Part shown: positions 10,056-18,345 of the stretch, piece by piece
Layout: the number at the start of each line of letters is the position of its first letter
How positions within the stretch are numbered: the stretch's first letter is position 1
Assembly (NCBI GenBank): GCA_016875475.1
Contig: VGRB01000003.1
Coordinates: 1-40,679 of the forward strand
Direction: 5' to 3'
Origin: Deltaproteobacteria bacterium
Lineage (GTDB): Bacteria; Myxococcota_A; UBA9042; DTJE01
DNA length: 40,679 nt
The notes under the pieces: model-generated
Told to the model about the DNA's origin: nothing
The model's input: only the letters and a program-made list of their open reading frames with translations
Databases searched by the model: none
Made by a program: the position numbers and the translations under genes

Positions 10056-11068
10056 AGGTGCCTCCCCCCCGCCTCCACGAACGGCCTCAGCGCGGCCATC
10101 AGCGCCGCGAACTGCTCCGGAAACAGCGACTGCTTGCCGTCCGACAGCGCGACTTCGGGGTTCTCGTGGACCTCGACGATCAGCCCGTCCGCGCCGCACG
10201 CGGCCGCCGCGAGCGCCATCGGCGTCACGAGGTCGCGGATCCCGGTCCCGTGCGAAGGGTCGACCAGGATCGGCAGGTGGCTCCGCTGCTTGACGAACGG
10301 GACCGCGGACAGGTCGAGCGTGTTCCTCGTCGCGGTCTCGAAGGTCCGGATCCCGCGCTCGCAGAGCACCACGTTCGGGTTGCCCTCGGCGACCACGTAC
10401 TCCGCGGCCATCAGGAGGTCCGTGACGGTCGCGGCGGGCCCGCGCTTCAGCAGGACCGGCCGCGGGCACTGGCCGACCGCCTGGAGCAGCCGGAAGTTCT
10501 GCATGTTGCGCGCGCCGACCTGGATCATGTCCGCGTGCTCGACCACCGCGTCGAGGTCGGACACGTCCACCACCTCGGTCACCACCGGGAGCCCGCGCCG
10601 GCGGCCGACCTCGGACAAGAGGGCGAGCCCGTCGCGGCCGAGCCCCTGGAAGCTGTAGGGGCTGGTCCGGGGCTTGAACGCGCCCCCGCGCAGCACCGAG
10701 GCGCCGGCCTCCTTCACGCGCTCCGCGGTCGCGTCGAGCTGCTCGCGGCTCTCGACCGCGCACGGCCCCGCGACCACCACGAACCGGTCCGACCCGATCC
10801 GCGCTCCGGGCCCGAGCGGCACCACGGTGTCGTGCGGGTGCAGCTCGCGGCTGACGAGCTTGTACGGCGACAGGATCGGCGTGACCGTCTCGACGTGCGG
10901 GTTGCCCTCCAGGTGGAGTCCCGCGAGCACCCGCTCGTCGCCGATCGCGCCGAGCACCGTCCGCTCGGTGCCGGGCAGGTAGAGCGGCTTCAGTCCCGTG
11001 GCCGCGATCTGGTCGAGGATCCGGTCGCAGTCCTCCTTCGACGTGCCGGGCTTCAAGACGATGATCAT
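10052..11068 (-). CDS. aroF: DAHP synthase, type I-beta with N-terminal ferredoxin-like regulatory domain
   Basis: MIIVLKPG..., AGPCAVES, RGGAFKPRTSPYSFQGLG, QVGARNMQNF, CERGIRTFE, DPSHGTG, ALSDG. Confidence 0.95.
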   Translation of the reverse strand: MIIVLKPGTSKEDCDRILDQIAATGLKPLYLPGTERTVLGAIGDERVLAGLHLEGNPHVETVTPILSPYKLVSRELHPHDTVVPLGPGARIGSDRFVVVAGPCAVESREQLDATAERVKEAGASVLRGGAFKPRTSPYSFQGLGRDGLALLSEVGRRRGLPVVTEVVDVSDLDAVVEHADMIQVGARNMQNFRLLQAVGQCPRPVLLKRGPAATVTDLLMAAEYVVAEGNPNVVLCERGIRTFETATRNTLDLSAVPFVKQRSHLPILVDPSHGTGIRDLVTPMALAAAACGADGLIVEVHENPEVALSDGKQSLFPEQFAALMAALRPFVEAGGRHL

Positions 11069-12342
11069 CGCTTCTCCTCCAGTGCGCCGAACACCGCGTC
11101 CGCGACGGTCGCGTCCACCCCGAGCCGCTCCGCCGCCTCGCGCCTCGCCGCGGCGATCCGCTCGGCCGCCTCGCCGGACGGCCGTGCGCCCGCGGCCCTC
11201 GCGACCTCGGCCCGCGCCGCGACCGCGCGGAGCAGCTCCGCGTCGCGATACGCGATCTCGGCCTCCCAAGCGCCGGGATCCGCGGCCGCCCCCGCGATCG
11301 CGGACTGGCGCAGCGCCGCGTCGCACAGCACGATCGCGACCATCGCCTCGGCCACGGGCACGAGCCTGGGCGCGATGCACGGGTCGTGTCGGCCCGGCAC
11401 CGAGATCGTCACCCCCTCGCCCGCCGCGTTCACGGTGCGCTGGGGCAGCGCGATCGACGAGGTCGGCTTGACCGCGACCCGCGCGACGATCGGCTGGCCG
11501 GTCGAGATCCCGCCGAGCAGGCCGCCCATCCGGTTCGTCTCGAACCCCCCCGCCACAAGCGCGTCGTTCGACGCCGAACCCCGCATGCCCGCGAGGGCGA
11601 ACCCGGCCCCGAACTCGACCGCCTTGACCGCGCCGATCGACAGGAGCGCCGCCCCGAGCAGCGCGTCGAGCTTGCCGAAGACCGGGTCGCCCCAACCCGC
11701 GGGCACGCCCTCCGCCACGACCTCCACCACCCCGCCGAGCGAGTCGCCCGCCGCCTTGGCGTCGAGCACCGCGGCCTCCATGCGCGCCGCCGCCTCCGGG
11801 TCCGCGCACCGGACCGCGTTCCGCTCGATCTCCGCCGGGTCGAACCGCGCCGCCTCCACGTCCCCTATCCGGACAACGTGTCCGGTCACGCGCGCGCCCC
11901 GCGCCGCGAGCACCTGCTTCGCGATCGCGCCCGCCGCGACCCGGGCCACGGTCTCGCGTCCCGACGTCCTGCCCCCCCCGCGCCAGTCCCTCACGCCGAA
12001 CTTGGCCCCCCACGTCCAGTCCGCGTGGCCCGGCCGGAACACGTCCTTCAGCGCCTCGTAGTCCGCGCTCCGCTGGTCGCGGTTCCGGACCAGCAGCGCG
12101 ATCGGCGCGCCCGTGGTGCGGCCCTCGAAGATGCCCGAGAGCACCTCGACCTCGTCGGCCTCGCGACGCCCGGTCGACACGGCGCTCTGCCCGGGCCGCC
12201 TCCGCGCGACCTCGGCCCGGAGCGCGTCCAGGTCCACCGGCACGCCCGGCATGACCCCGTCCACCACCACGCCGAGCGCCGGGCCGTGGCTCTCGCCGAA
12301 CGTGGTCACGCGGAAGCAGTCGCCGAAGGAGTTCGCGGACAT
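11065..12342 (-). CDS. aroC: Chorismate synthase with a C-terminal degenerate chorismate-mutase (AroQ)-like extension
   Basis: TTFGESHG, FRPGHAD, RGGGRTSGRET, GGISTG, KPTSSI, GRHDPCI, followed by ~70 extra helical residues. Confidence 0.95.
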   Translation of the reverse strand: MSANSFGDCFRVTTFGESHGPALGVVVDGVMPGVPVDLDALRAEVARRRPGQSAVSTGRREADEVEVLSGIFEGRTTGAPIALLVRNRDQRSADYEALKDVFRPGHADWTWGAKFGVRDWRGGGRTSGRETVARVAAGAIAKQVLAARGARVTGHVVRIGDVEAARFDPAEIERNAVRCADPEAAARMEAAVLDAKAAGDSLGGVVEVVAEGVPAGWGDPVFGKLDALLGAALLSIGAVKAVEFGAGFALAGMRGSASNDALVAGGFETNRMGGLLGGISTGQPIVARVAVKPTSSIALPQRTVNAAGEGVTISVPGRHDPCIAPRLVPVAEAMVAIVLCDAALRQSAIAGAAADPGAWEAEIAYRDAELLRAVAARAEVARAAGARPSGEAAERIAAARREAAERLGVDATVADAVFGALEEKR

Positions 12343-12436
12343 GGGTCTCCCCCCCGCCGCGCGTCCGTCCGATTCACCCCCGGCGGGCCGCGGCGGCGTC
12401 AACGCCGCGGCCCGAGGACGCGCGGCGGGCAAATCC

Positions 12437-13654
12437 TCAACCCGGCCCGTCGGCCGCGGCCCGGATCGCGTCGATCGCGTCCCAGAAGGCCGGGAACGAC
12501 TTCGCGACGCACCCGGGATCCTGCACGCTGACGCCAGGGATCGCGAGCGACACGGCCGCGAACGCCATGGCCATGCGGTGGTCGCCGGCCGGGTCCAGCG
12601 CGACATTGCGCGGGATCCGGTCGGCCAGCGGCAGGACCTCCATCCCGTCCGTGTGCTCGACGATCCTCGCTCCGAGCGCCCGGAACCCGCGCACCAGCAC
12701 GGCGATCCGGTCGGACTCCTTGATCCTCGTGTGCGCCGCGCCGTCGATCCGCGTCGCGTGGGACGCGAGCAGGGCGCTCGCCGCGAGCGGCGGCAGCAGG
12801 TCCGGGCAGTCCGCGAGGTCGAACGCGTGCGGCCGCGGCAGGTCCAGCTCGGCGAGCATGCCCGCGAACCGCGAGTCCCCCTGGAGCGACTCGCCCGGCG
12901 GCGGCAGGCCCGGCAGCGCGACCTCCACGCCGGCGGCGCGGCCCGCCGCGAACAGCAGCGCGGCCCCGGACCAGTCGGGCTCGACCACGACCGCGTCGCC
13001 GGCCCACGCGTACCGTCCGGGGCGCACGACGAAGGTGCGGCCGTCGGGCCGATCCGCCGCGGCCCCCGCCGACGCCATCATCCTGGCCGTCATGTCGAGA
13101 TAGGGCTCGGACACGACCCGGCCGACGAGCCTGATGCGCAGCCCGGCGGGCAGCCGCGGCGCGACCATCAGGAGGCCGCTCGCGAACTGGCTCGAGAGCG
13201 ACGAGTCGATGTCGACCTCGCCCCGGATCGCCCCCCCACCGGTCAGCGCGACCGGCGGGAACCCCGCGCGGCGGAGCCACCGCACGCCGACGCCGAGCGA
13301 CTCGAGCGCCTCGCCGAGCGGGTTGAGCGGCCGCTCCCGCATCCGCGCGTCGCCGTCCAGCGTGATCGTGCCCCGGGCGACCAGCGAGAGCGCCGCGCCG
13401 AAGCGCACCGCCGTGCCCGCGTTCCCGCACCAGACCGGCGCGCCGCCGGCCGCGAGCGGGCCCGGGGTGACGAGGACCTGGTCCGCGTCCCATTCGACGC
13501 GCGTGCCGATCGCGCGCAGCAGGTCGGTCAGCCGGGCCGAGTCGTCGCACGCGAGCGCGCCCCTCACCCGCGCCGGCCGCTCGCCGAGCGCGGCCAGCAT
13601 CAGGGCCCGCTGCGTGATGCTCTTGGAGCCCGGCGCCTTCAGGGTCACGGTCAT
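12437..13654 (-). CDS. aroA: 3-phosphoshikimate 1-carboxyvinyltransferase (EPSP synthase)
   Basis: PGSKSITQR, GNAGTAVRF, RMRERP, SSQFASG, RIKESDR, DHRMAM, KSFPAFW. Confidence 0.95.
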   Translation of the reverse strand: MTVTLKAPGSKSITQRALMLAALGERPARVRGALACDDSARLTDLLRAIGTRVEWDADQVLVTPGPLAAGGAPVWCGNAGTAVRFGAALSLVARGTITLDGDARMRERPLNPLGEALESLGVGVRWLRRAGFPPVALTGGGAIRGEVDIDSSLSSQFASGLLMVAPRLPAGLRIRLVGRVVSEPYLDMTARMMASAGAAADRPDGRTFVVRPGRYAWAGDAVVVEPDWSGAALLFAAGRAAGVEVALPGLPPPGESLQGDSRFAGMLAELDLPRPHAFDLADCPDLLPPLAASALLASHATRIDGAAHTRIKESDRIAVLVRGFRALGARIVEHTDGMEVLPLADRIPRNVALDPAGDHRMAMAFAAVSLAIPGVSVQDPGCVAKSFPAFWDAIDAIRAAADGPG

Positions 13655-15018
13655 GCCAACAACTCCGACAGCTCCGCGGGCGAGACGGGCTCGCCGAGCA
13701 GGAACGTCATCTGGGCGGCGCCCTGGTGCACCCACATCGCGTGGGGACCGAGCACGACCGCGCCCGCGGCCCGGGCCCGCGAAAGCAGCTCCGACGGGCC
13801 GTCGGCCATCGCCAGGTCGAACACCACGGCAGCCCCGGGAGGCGCGTCGAACGGCCACGAGGCGTCCGGCGTCGCGTTCACGATCACGTCCGCGGCCGCG
13901 CGGTCGCGGCGGTCCCAGGGCACCGATTCGAGACCCGCGACCGGTTTCCGCGCCGCCACGACCACGTCCAGGCCGAGGTCCCGGCAGGCCGCGATCGCGG
14001 CCGACGCGGCGCCCCCCGCGCCGAAGACCAGCGCCCGGCCGCGCCGCGTGCCGAGAACCGCGGCGAGCGGCTCCCTCACGCCCGCCACGTCCGTGTTCGT
14101 CGCGAGGAAGCGCGTCCCGTCGACCTTGAGCGTGTTCGCGGCGCCGACCCGCGCGGCCTCCGCGTCCGGCTCGCCGTGCGCGAGCGCGGCCTCCTTGTGC
14201 GGCATGGTCACGGCGATCCCCGCGGCCCCGAGCGCGGCCAGCAGGTCGAACGTCTCGCGCGGCCTCGGGGAAGCCTCGATGCCGCGCTTCCGGAACAGGC
14301 GGCCATAGACCCGGGGACCGGGCGAGCGCGCGACGACCGGACCGCCGACCAGCGCGTGGAAGGGCCGGTCGGCCGAGCCGGGAAGGCCCGCGTCGATCGC
14401 GTCGTCGAGCGACGGCTGCCCCGGAGCGGACGCGGTCGCGGAAGACGCGGCCACGTAGGTCCACGGCGAGCCGAAGGCGCGGTAGCGGACCCGCGAGAGC
14501 GCGCCCGCCGCGCCCATGCCGATCAGGACGCGGCGTCCGGGCGACCGCGACGCGAGCAGGCGCGCGAGGTCCGCGGGGTCATCCACCCGGACCGCGACCT
14601 TGACCACGTCGGCCCCCGCCGCCTCGAGCGCGGTCGCGCGGGCCGCGATGTCCGGCGGGAAGCCGTTGAAATCGTGGAACGACCTGACGATCCGCGTGGC
14701 GGTCGCGCCCCCGCGCGGGATGGCGGCATCGACGTCGGCCTCCACGTCCGCCGCGAACGGCCCGAGCGCGATCGCGGCCCGGAGGAGGTCCAGGCGCGCG
14801 GCCTCGTCGCCGGTCCACAGCCCCCCCTGGCGGACCGGCCGCGCGGCGAGGATCAGCGAGCCGATCCATGGCGAGAGCGAGGGCAGCACCTCGGCGGGGG
14901 GGTCTTCGAGCGCGTCGAGCCGGACCTCCTGGATGCAGCCCGGGAGGCGCGAGGCCACGGCCGCGACCCGGGACAGCAGGGGCCCGGCCGCGCGCTCGAG
15001 TCCGGTCACGCAGAGCAT
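13651..15018 (-). CDS. aroDE: Bifunctional type I 3-dehydroquinate dehydratase / shikimate dehydrogenase (AroD-AroE fusion)
   Basis: EVRLD, R-x-x-x-QGG, DVE, SFHDF, DVVKVA, IGMG, APGQ (AroD part), then S-x-G-P, VTMPHK, GAANT, NTD, FGAGGAA, VNAT, MWVHQG (AroE part). Divergent. Confidence 0.85.
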   Translation of the reverse strand: MLCVTGLERAAGPLLSRVAAVASRLPGCIQEVRLDALEDPPAEVLPSLSPWIGSLILAARPVRQGGLWTGDEAARLDLLRAAIALGPFAADVEADVDAAIPRGGATATRIVRSFHDFNGFPPDIAARATALEAAGADVVKVAVRVDDPADLARLLASRSPGRRVLIGMGAAGALSRVRYRAFGSPWTYVAASSATASAPGQPSLDDAIDAGLPGSADRPFHALVGGPVVARSPGPRVYGRLFRKRGIEASPRPRETFDLLAALGAAGIAVTMPHKEAALAHGEPDAEAARVGAANTLKVDGTRFLATNTDVAGVREPLAAVLGTRRGRALVFGAGGAASAAIAACRDLGLDVVVAARKPVAGLESVPWDRRDRAAADVIVNATPDASWPFDAPPGAAVVFDLAMADGPSELLSRARAAGAVVLGPHAMWVHQGAAQMTFLLGEPVSPAELSELLA

Positions 15019-16091
15019 GCGCGCTCCCAGGCGTCGGCGAGCACGGCCGCGGGCACGGGCACGGTGTAAAGGCCGTCCCCCGGCTCCATCTCGCCGATGC
15101 GGCGGGGAAGGGCGCACCGGACCTCGCCCTCCCGGCCCTTCTTGTCCGCGGCGAGCCACGGCTCCGCGAGGGCGAACGGCACGGGGGGGGAAGCGGGGAG
15201 CCCGATCGTCCGGAGCACGGCGCGCAGGCGGTCCACGGAGGCCTCCGGGAACGAACCGAGACGCGACGCGACGATCGCCTCGACGACCATCCCGGCGGCG
15301 ACCGCCGCGCCGTGCGGGACCGAGTGTCGCGTGGCGGCCTCGATCGCGTGGCCCGCGGTGTGGCCGAAGTTCAGGACCGCGCGCAGGCCCCGCTCGGTCT
15401 CGTCCGCCTCGACCACGCGCGCCTTGACCGCGGCGAGCCGGACCAGGAGCTTCGGGGACAGGGACCGCGGCGACGCGGCGATCCCCTCGACCTCGGCGAA
15501 CAGGTCCTCGCCCGCGATCACCGCGTGCTTGACCGCCTCGGCGAGCCCGTTTCGCCATTCCGCGTCGGGCAGCGACGAGAGCGCGGCGTGGTCCAGGAAG
15601 ACCGCGGCCGGCTGCCGGAACGCGCCGACGAGGTTCTTGCCGCGCGGCGTGTTGACGCCGGTCTTCCCGCCGATGGCCGCATCGACCTGGGCGAGCAGGG
15701 TGGTGGCCACGTTGACGTGGGCGACGCCGCGCAGGTACGTCGCCGCGACGAAGCCCGCGACGTCGAGCGCGATCCCGCCGCCGACCGCGACGACGCAGGC
15801 GTCCCGGTCCACGCCGGCGGCGAGCATCGCGTCCTCGAGGTTCGCCTTGGTCTCGCGCGTCTTGTTCGTCTCGCCCGCGGGGAAGTCGAGGACGAGGGTG
15901 CTGCGGACGAACGGCTCGATCGCGCCGGCGATCGCGCCGCCGAACCGGCCCGCCGTGTTCCTGTCGCCGATCACCACCCCCTGGCGCCACGCTGGGTCCC
16001 AGGCCCCGACGATCGCGGCCGGAGCGTACCCGCCCGAGTAGACCGGGCAGGAGCGGCCGCCGGGCAGGCGCATGACGAACGCGGGATCCAC
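15006..16091 (-). CDS. aroB: 3-dehydroquinate synthase
   Basis: GETNKT, VGGGIALDVAGFVAATYLRG, TTLLAQVDAAIGGKTGVN, KNLVGAF, LNFGHTAGHAIE, HGAAV, DKK. Start is GTG 16091 or ATG 16073. Confidence 0.95.
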   Translation of the reverse strand: MDPAFVMRLPGGRSCPVYSGGYAPAAIVGAWDPAWRQGVVIGDRNTAGRFGGAIAGAIEPFVRSTLVLDFPAGETNKTRETKANLEDAMLAAGVDRDACVVAVGGGIALDVAGFVAATYLRGVAHVNVATTLLAQVDAAIGGKTGVNTPRGKNLVGAFRQPAAVFLDHAALSSLPDAEWRNGLAEAVKHAVIAGEDLFAEVEGIAASPRSLSPKLLVRLAAVKARVVEADETERGLRAVLNFGHTAGHAIEAATRHSVPHGAAVAAGMVVEAIVASRLGSFPEASVDRLRAVLRTIGLPASPPVPFALAEPWLAADKKGREGEVRCALPRRIGEMEPGDGLYTVPVPAAVLADAWERACSA

Positions 16092-16156
16092 GATCGGGCA
16101 ACCTCGCGATCCGGAGGCAGAAGGATACCCGAAAACGTGGGGAGGCGGGGCCGGAG

Positions 16157-17341
16157 CTACAGCGAGTCCTTCACCACGCGGTAGGCCTCGCGGAACGGGA
16201 TCCCGCGGTCGCGGACCAGGGCGTAGGCGCGCTCGGTCGCGAGCAGGGAGCCGTCCATCGCGGCGGCGAGGCGCTCGGCGACGAACTCGACGCCGGGCAG
16301 CGCGTGGGCCATCACGGCCGCGGTGTCGCGCACGGAGTCCATGCCGCGGAACAGGGGCTTCTTGATCCCCTGGAGGTCGCGGTGGTAGCCGGAGGTCAGC
16401 TTCGAGACGACCCCGAGCACCTCGTGGAGGGCCGCGACCGCCTCGGCCGTGCGGCCGCGCGCCAGCTCGAACACGTCCGGGTTGCGCTTCTGGGGCATGA
16501 TGGACGAGCCCGTGGTGAACCGATCCGGCAGCCGCACGAATCCGAACTCGGCGGTCGCGAACAGGCAGAGGTCCGCGGAGAGGCGGCCGAGGTCGATCGC
16601 GAGCAGGGCCGCCTCGAACAGCGCGGACGCCTCGGCCTTGCCGCGCGAGAGCTGGACCGCGGTGACCGGCTCGTGCGGGGCCGCGAACCCGAGCGCCGAC
16701 GTGGTCGCGGCCCGATCGAGGGGCAGCAGCGGCACGCCGTAGCCCGCCGCGGACCCGAGCGGGTTCAGGTCGGCCCGCCGGCGCGCGAGCCGCATCCCCT
16801 GCGCGTCGTCCCGCACCTCGGCCGCGAACGCGCCGGCCCACAGTCCGACGGTGGACGGCATGGCGCGCTGCGCGTCGGTGTAGCCGGGCATCGCGAGCGC
16901 GCCCTGTCGCGCCGCGAGGCCGTCGAGCGCCGCGGCGACCTCCTCGGCCTGGTCCGCCAGTTCCGCCGCGGCCGCCTTCAGCCACAGCCGGACCGCCGCG
17001 AGCACCTGGTCGTTCCGCGACCGGCCGAGGTGGACCCGGCCGCCCGCCTCGCCGATCCTCGCGACCAGCCGGTTCTCGATCGCGGTGTGGCAGTCCTCCT
17101 CCTCGGGCGAGACGCGCCACTCCCCCCGTGCGTGCGCCTCGCCGACCTCGCGGAGCGCGTCGCGGATCGCCGCGTGGTCCGTGTCCGAGAGGAAGCCCGC
17201 GGCGTGCAGCATCGCCGCGTGCGCCGCGGACGCCTCCACGTCGAAGGCCACGAGGCGCTCGTCGAGCGCGTGGTCCTCTCCCGCGGTGTACCGGAGCACC
17301 AGGTCGTCGAGCGGCTCGCCCTTGTCCCACAAGCGCTTCAT
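16157..17341 (-). CDS. argH: Argininosuccinate lyase (short form; conserved His reads Asp)
   Basis: MKRLWDKG, EDCHTAIE, HLGRSRNDQV, MPGYTDAQRA, PLGSAAGYG, TGSSIMPQKRNPD, GYHRDLQ, GIPFREAY. Confidence 0.9.
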   Translation of the reverse strand: MKRLWDKGEPLDDLVLRYTAGEDHALDERLVAFDVEASAAHAAMLHAAGFLSDTDHAAIRDALREVGEAHARGEWRVSPEEEDCHTAIENRLVARIGEAGGRVHLGRSRNDQVLAAVRLWLKAAAAELADQAEEVAAALDGLAARQGALAMPGYTDAQRAMPSTVGLWAGAFAAEVRDDAQGMRLARRRADLNPLGSAAGYGVPLLPLDRAATTSALGFAAPHEPVTAVQLSRGKAEASALFEAALLAIDLGRLSADLCLFATAEFGFVRLPDRFTTGSSIMPQKRNPDVFELARGRTAEAVAALHEVLGVVSKLTSGYHRDLQGIKKPLFRGMDSVRDTAAVMAHALPGVEFVAERLAAAMDGSLLATERAYALVRDRGIPFREAYRVVKDSL

Positions 17342-17348
17342 GACGGTG

Positions 17349-17377
17349 GTTGTAGACGACGCGGCGCCGGGGCGCAA
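17349..17377 (-). promoter_or_regulatory. sigma70-type promoter of argH, probably leaderless mRNA
   Basis: Minus strand TTGCGC-N17-TACAAC. The -10 ends 7 nt before the ATG at 17341 and there is no SD sequence. Confidence 0.55.
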
Positions 17378-17404
17378 GTCGAGCGATCCGCGCCGAGGCG
17401 CGGA

Positions 17405-17452
17405 GCGCTCGGCGGCCGCAAGGCGGCCGCGCAAGGGGGGTGGCCCGCGCCC
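17405..17452 (+). repeat. 48-bp GC-rich palindromic repeat element, copy 1
   Basis: GCGCTCGGCGGCCGCAAGGCGGCCGCGCAAGGGGGGTGGCCCGCGCCC is the exact reverse complement of 40632-40679. Confidence 0.85.
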
Positions 17453-17504
17453 GGGCTCGGGTTCGGGCTCGGGTACGGGCTCGGGCTTGGACGGGCACGG
17501 GAGG
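17452..17504 (+). repeat. Degenerate hexamer tandem repeat (CGGGYW)n
   Basis: cgggct cgggtt cgggct cgggta cgggct cgggct ... cgggca cgggagg. Confidence 0.75.
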
Positions 17505-17559
17505 CTCGCGGTCCCGGCGACCGTGCTACACTGATGCGAATCCGATCGAGGCGCGCGCG

Positions 17560-18075
17560 TTGGAAGCCACGGTCCGAGTCCTGAACGACCTGGAAGCCGC
17601 GGGCGTCGTCCGTCGGTACGCAATCGCCGGGGCCATGGGCGCCAACTTCTACATCGAGCCGACGGCCACGGAGGACCTGGACGTGCTGGTGCTCCTCCCG
17701 GCGGCGCCGGCGTCGCCGGACGTCCTTCGCCCCATCTACAGGTTCCTCGTTGACGAGAGGGGCTTCGCCGCGGAGCGCGAGTGTGTCGTGGTCGCGGGGA
17801 TCCCCGTGCAGTTCCTGGAGGTCTTCGACCCGCTCACGACCGAGGGCCTGGACGAGGCGGTCGAGTTCCCGGTGGGCGGGACACGCGCCCGCGTGCTGCG
17901 GATCGAGCACTTGATGGCCATCATGCTCCAGGTCGGGCGGCCGAAGGACCACGTCCGCCTGGCCCTGGCGATCGAGCAGGCCGACTGGGACCGCGACCGG
18001 TTCCGCGCGGTCATCGGCCGGCACGGCCTCCGCGCGAGGTGGGCGGCCTTCCGCCGGAGGTTCAACCATGGGTGA
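17560..18075 (+). CDS. Pol-beta-superfamily nucleotidyltransferase (putative toxin-like)
   Basis: TTG start with GAGG upstream. YAIAGAMGANFY...TEDLDVLV matches the G-[GAS]...D-x-D signature, with a C-terminal GRPKD motif. Confidence 0.65.
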   Translation: MEATVRVLNDLEAAGVVRRYAIAGAMGANFYIEPTATEDLDVLVLLPAAPASPDVLRPIYRFLVDERGFAAERECVVVAGIPVQFLEVFDPLTTEGLDEAVEFPVGGTRARVLRIEHLMAIMLQVGRPKDHVRLALAIEQADWDRDRFRAVIGRHGLRARWAAFRRRFNHG

Positions 18076-18259
18076 GCGCGAGCTGCCCGCACGCGTGCGC
18101 GAGCGCCTGGCGGCCCGGGAGGCGTCGCGGCGAGCGCTGGCGAGGCTGCCCATCGAGGAGAAGGTGAGGATCATCGTCCGGATGCAGCGGGCGGCGCGCG
18201 CGATCGCCCTGGCGACGGGAAGGCCTCCCCCGAGGGTCTGGGACCTGCCGACGGATTGA
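18068..18259 (+). CDS. Small helical protein (63 aa), putative partner of the nucleotidyltransferase
   Basis: Overlaps the NTase stop by 8 nt. Basic helical sequence RRALARLPIEEKVRIIVRMQR. Confidence 0.55.
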   Translation: MGERELPARVRERLAAREASRRALARLPIEEKVRIIVRMQRAARAIALATGRPPPRVWDLPTD

Positions 18260-18305
18260 ACCCCGGTCGAATCGAGGACGGGTCCGGGCGCAGCATCGGG
18301 GGGAT

Positions 18306-18320
18306 TCCGGGGTAGAATCC
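18306..18320 (+). promoter_or_regulatory. Promoter core TCCGGGGTAGAATCC (TAGAAT -10) of the tandem-CNB gene
   Basis: 25 nt upstream of ATG 18346. Identical 15-mer on the minus strand at 21535-21549. Confidence 0.55.
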
Positions 18321-18345
18321 GTGCGGCCGACACGGGGGTGCTGCG

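Noticed and set aside
12343-12436. aroA-aroC gap as a hidden aroK or attenuator
   Set aside because: Only 94 nt, with a GC hairpin but no leader peptide with aromatic codons and no U-tract.
17452-17504. Hexamer tracts or the 48-bp repeat as a CRISPR array
   Set aside because: There is no repeat-spacer periodicity and no cas genes.
7885-17623. Long N-terminal extensions on trp/aro/arg ORFs in the ORF track
   Set aside because: These result from stop-codon scarcity in high-GC DNA. True starts are marked by family motifs and (A/G)TGA overlaps.
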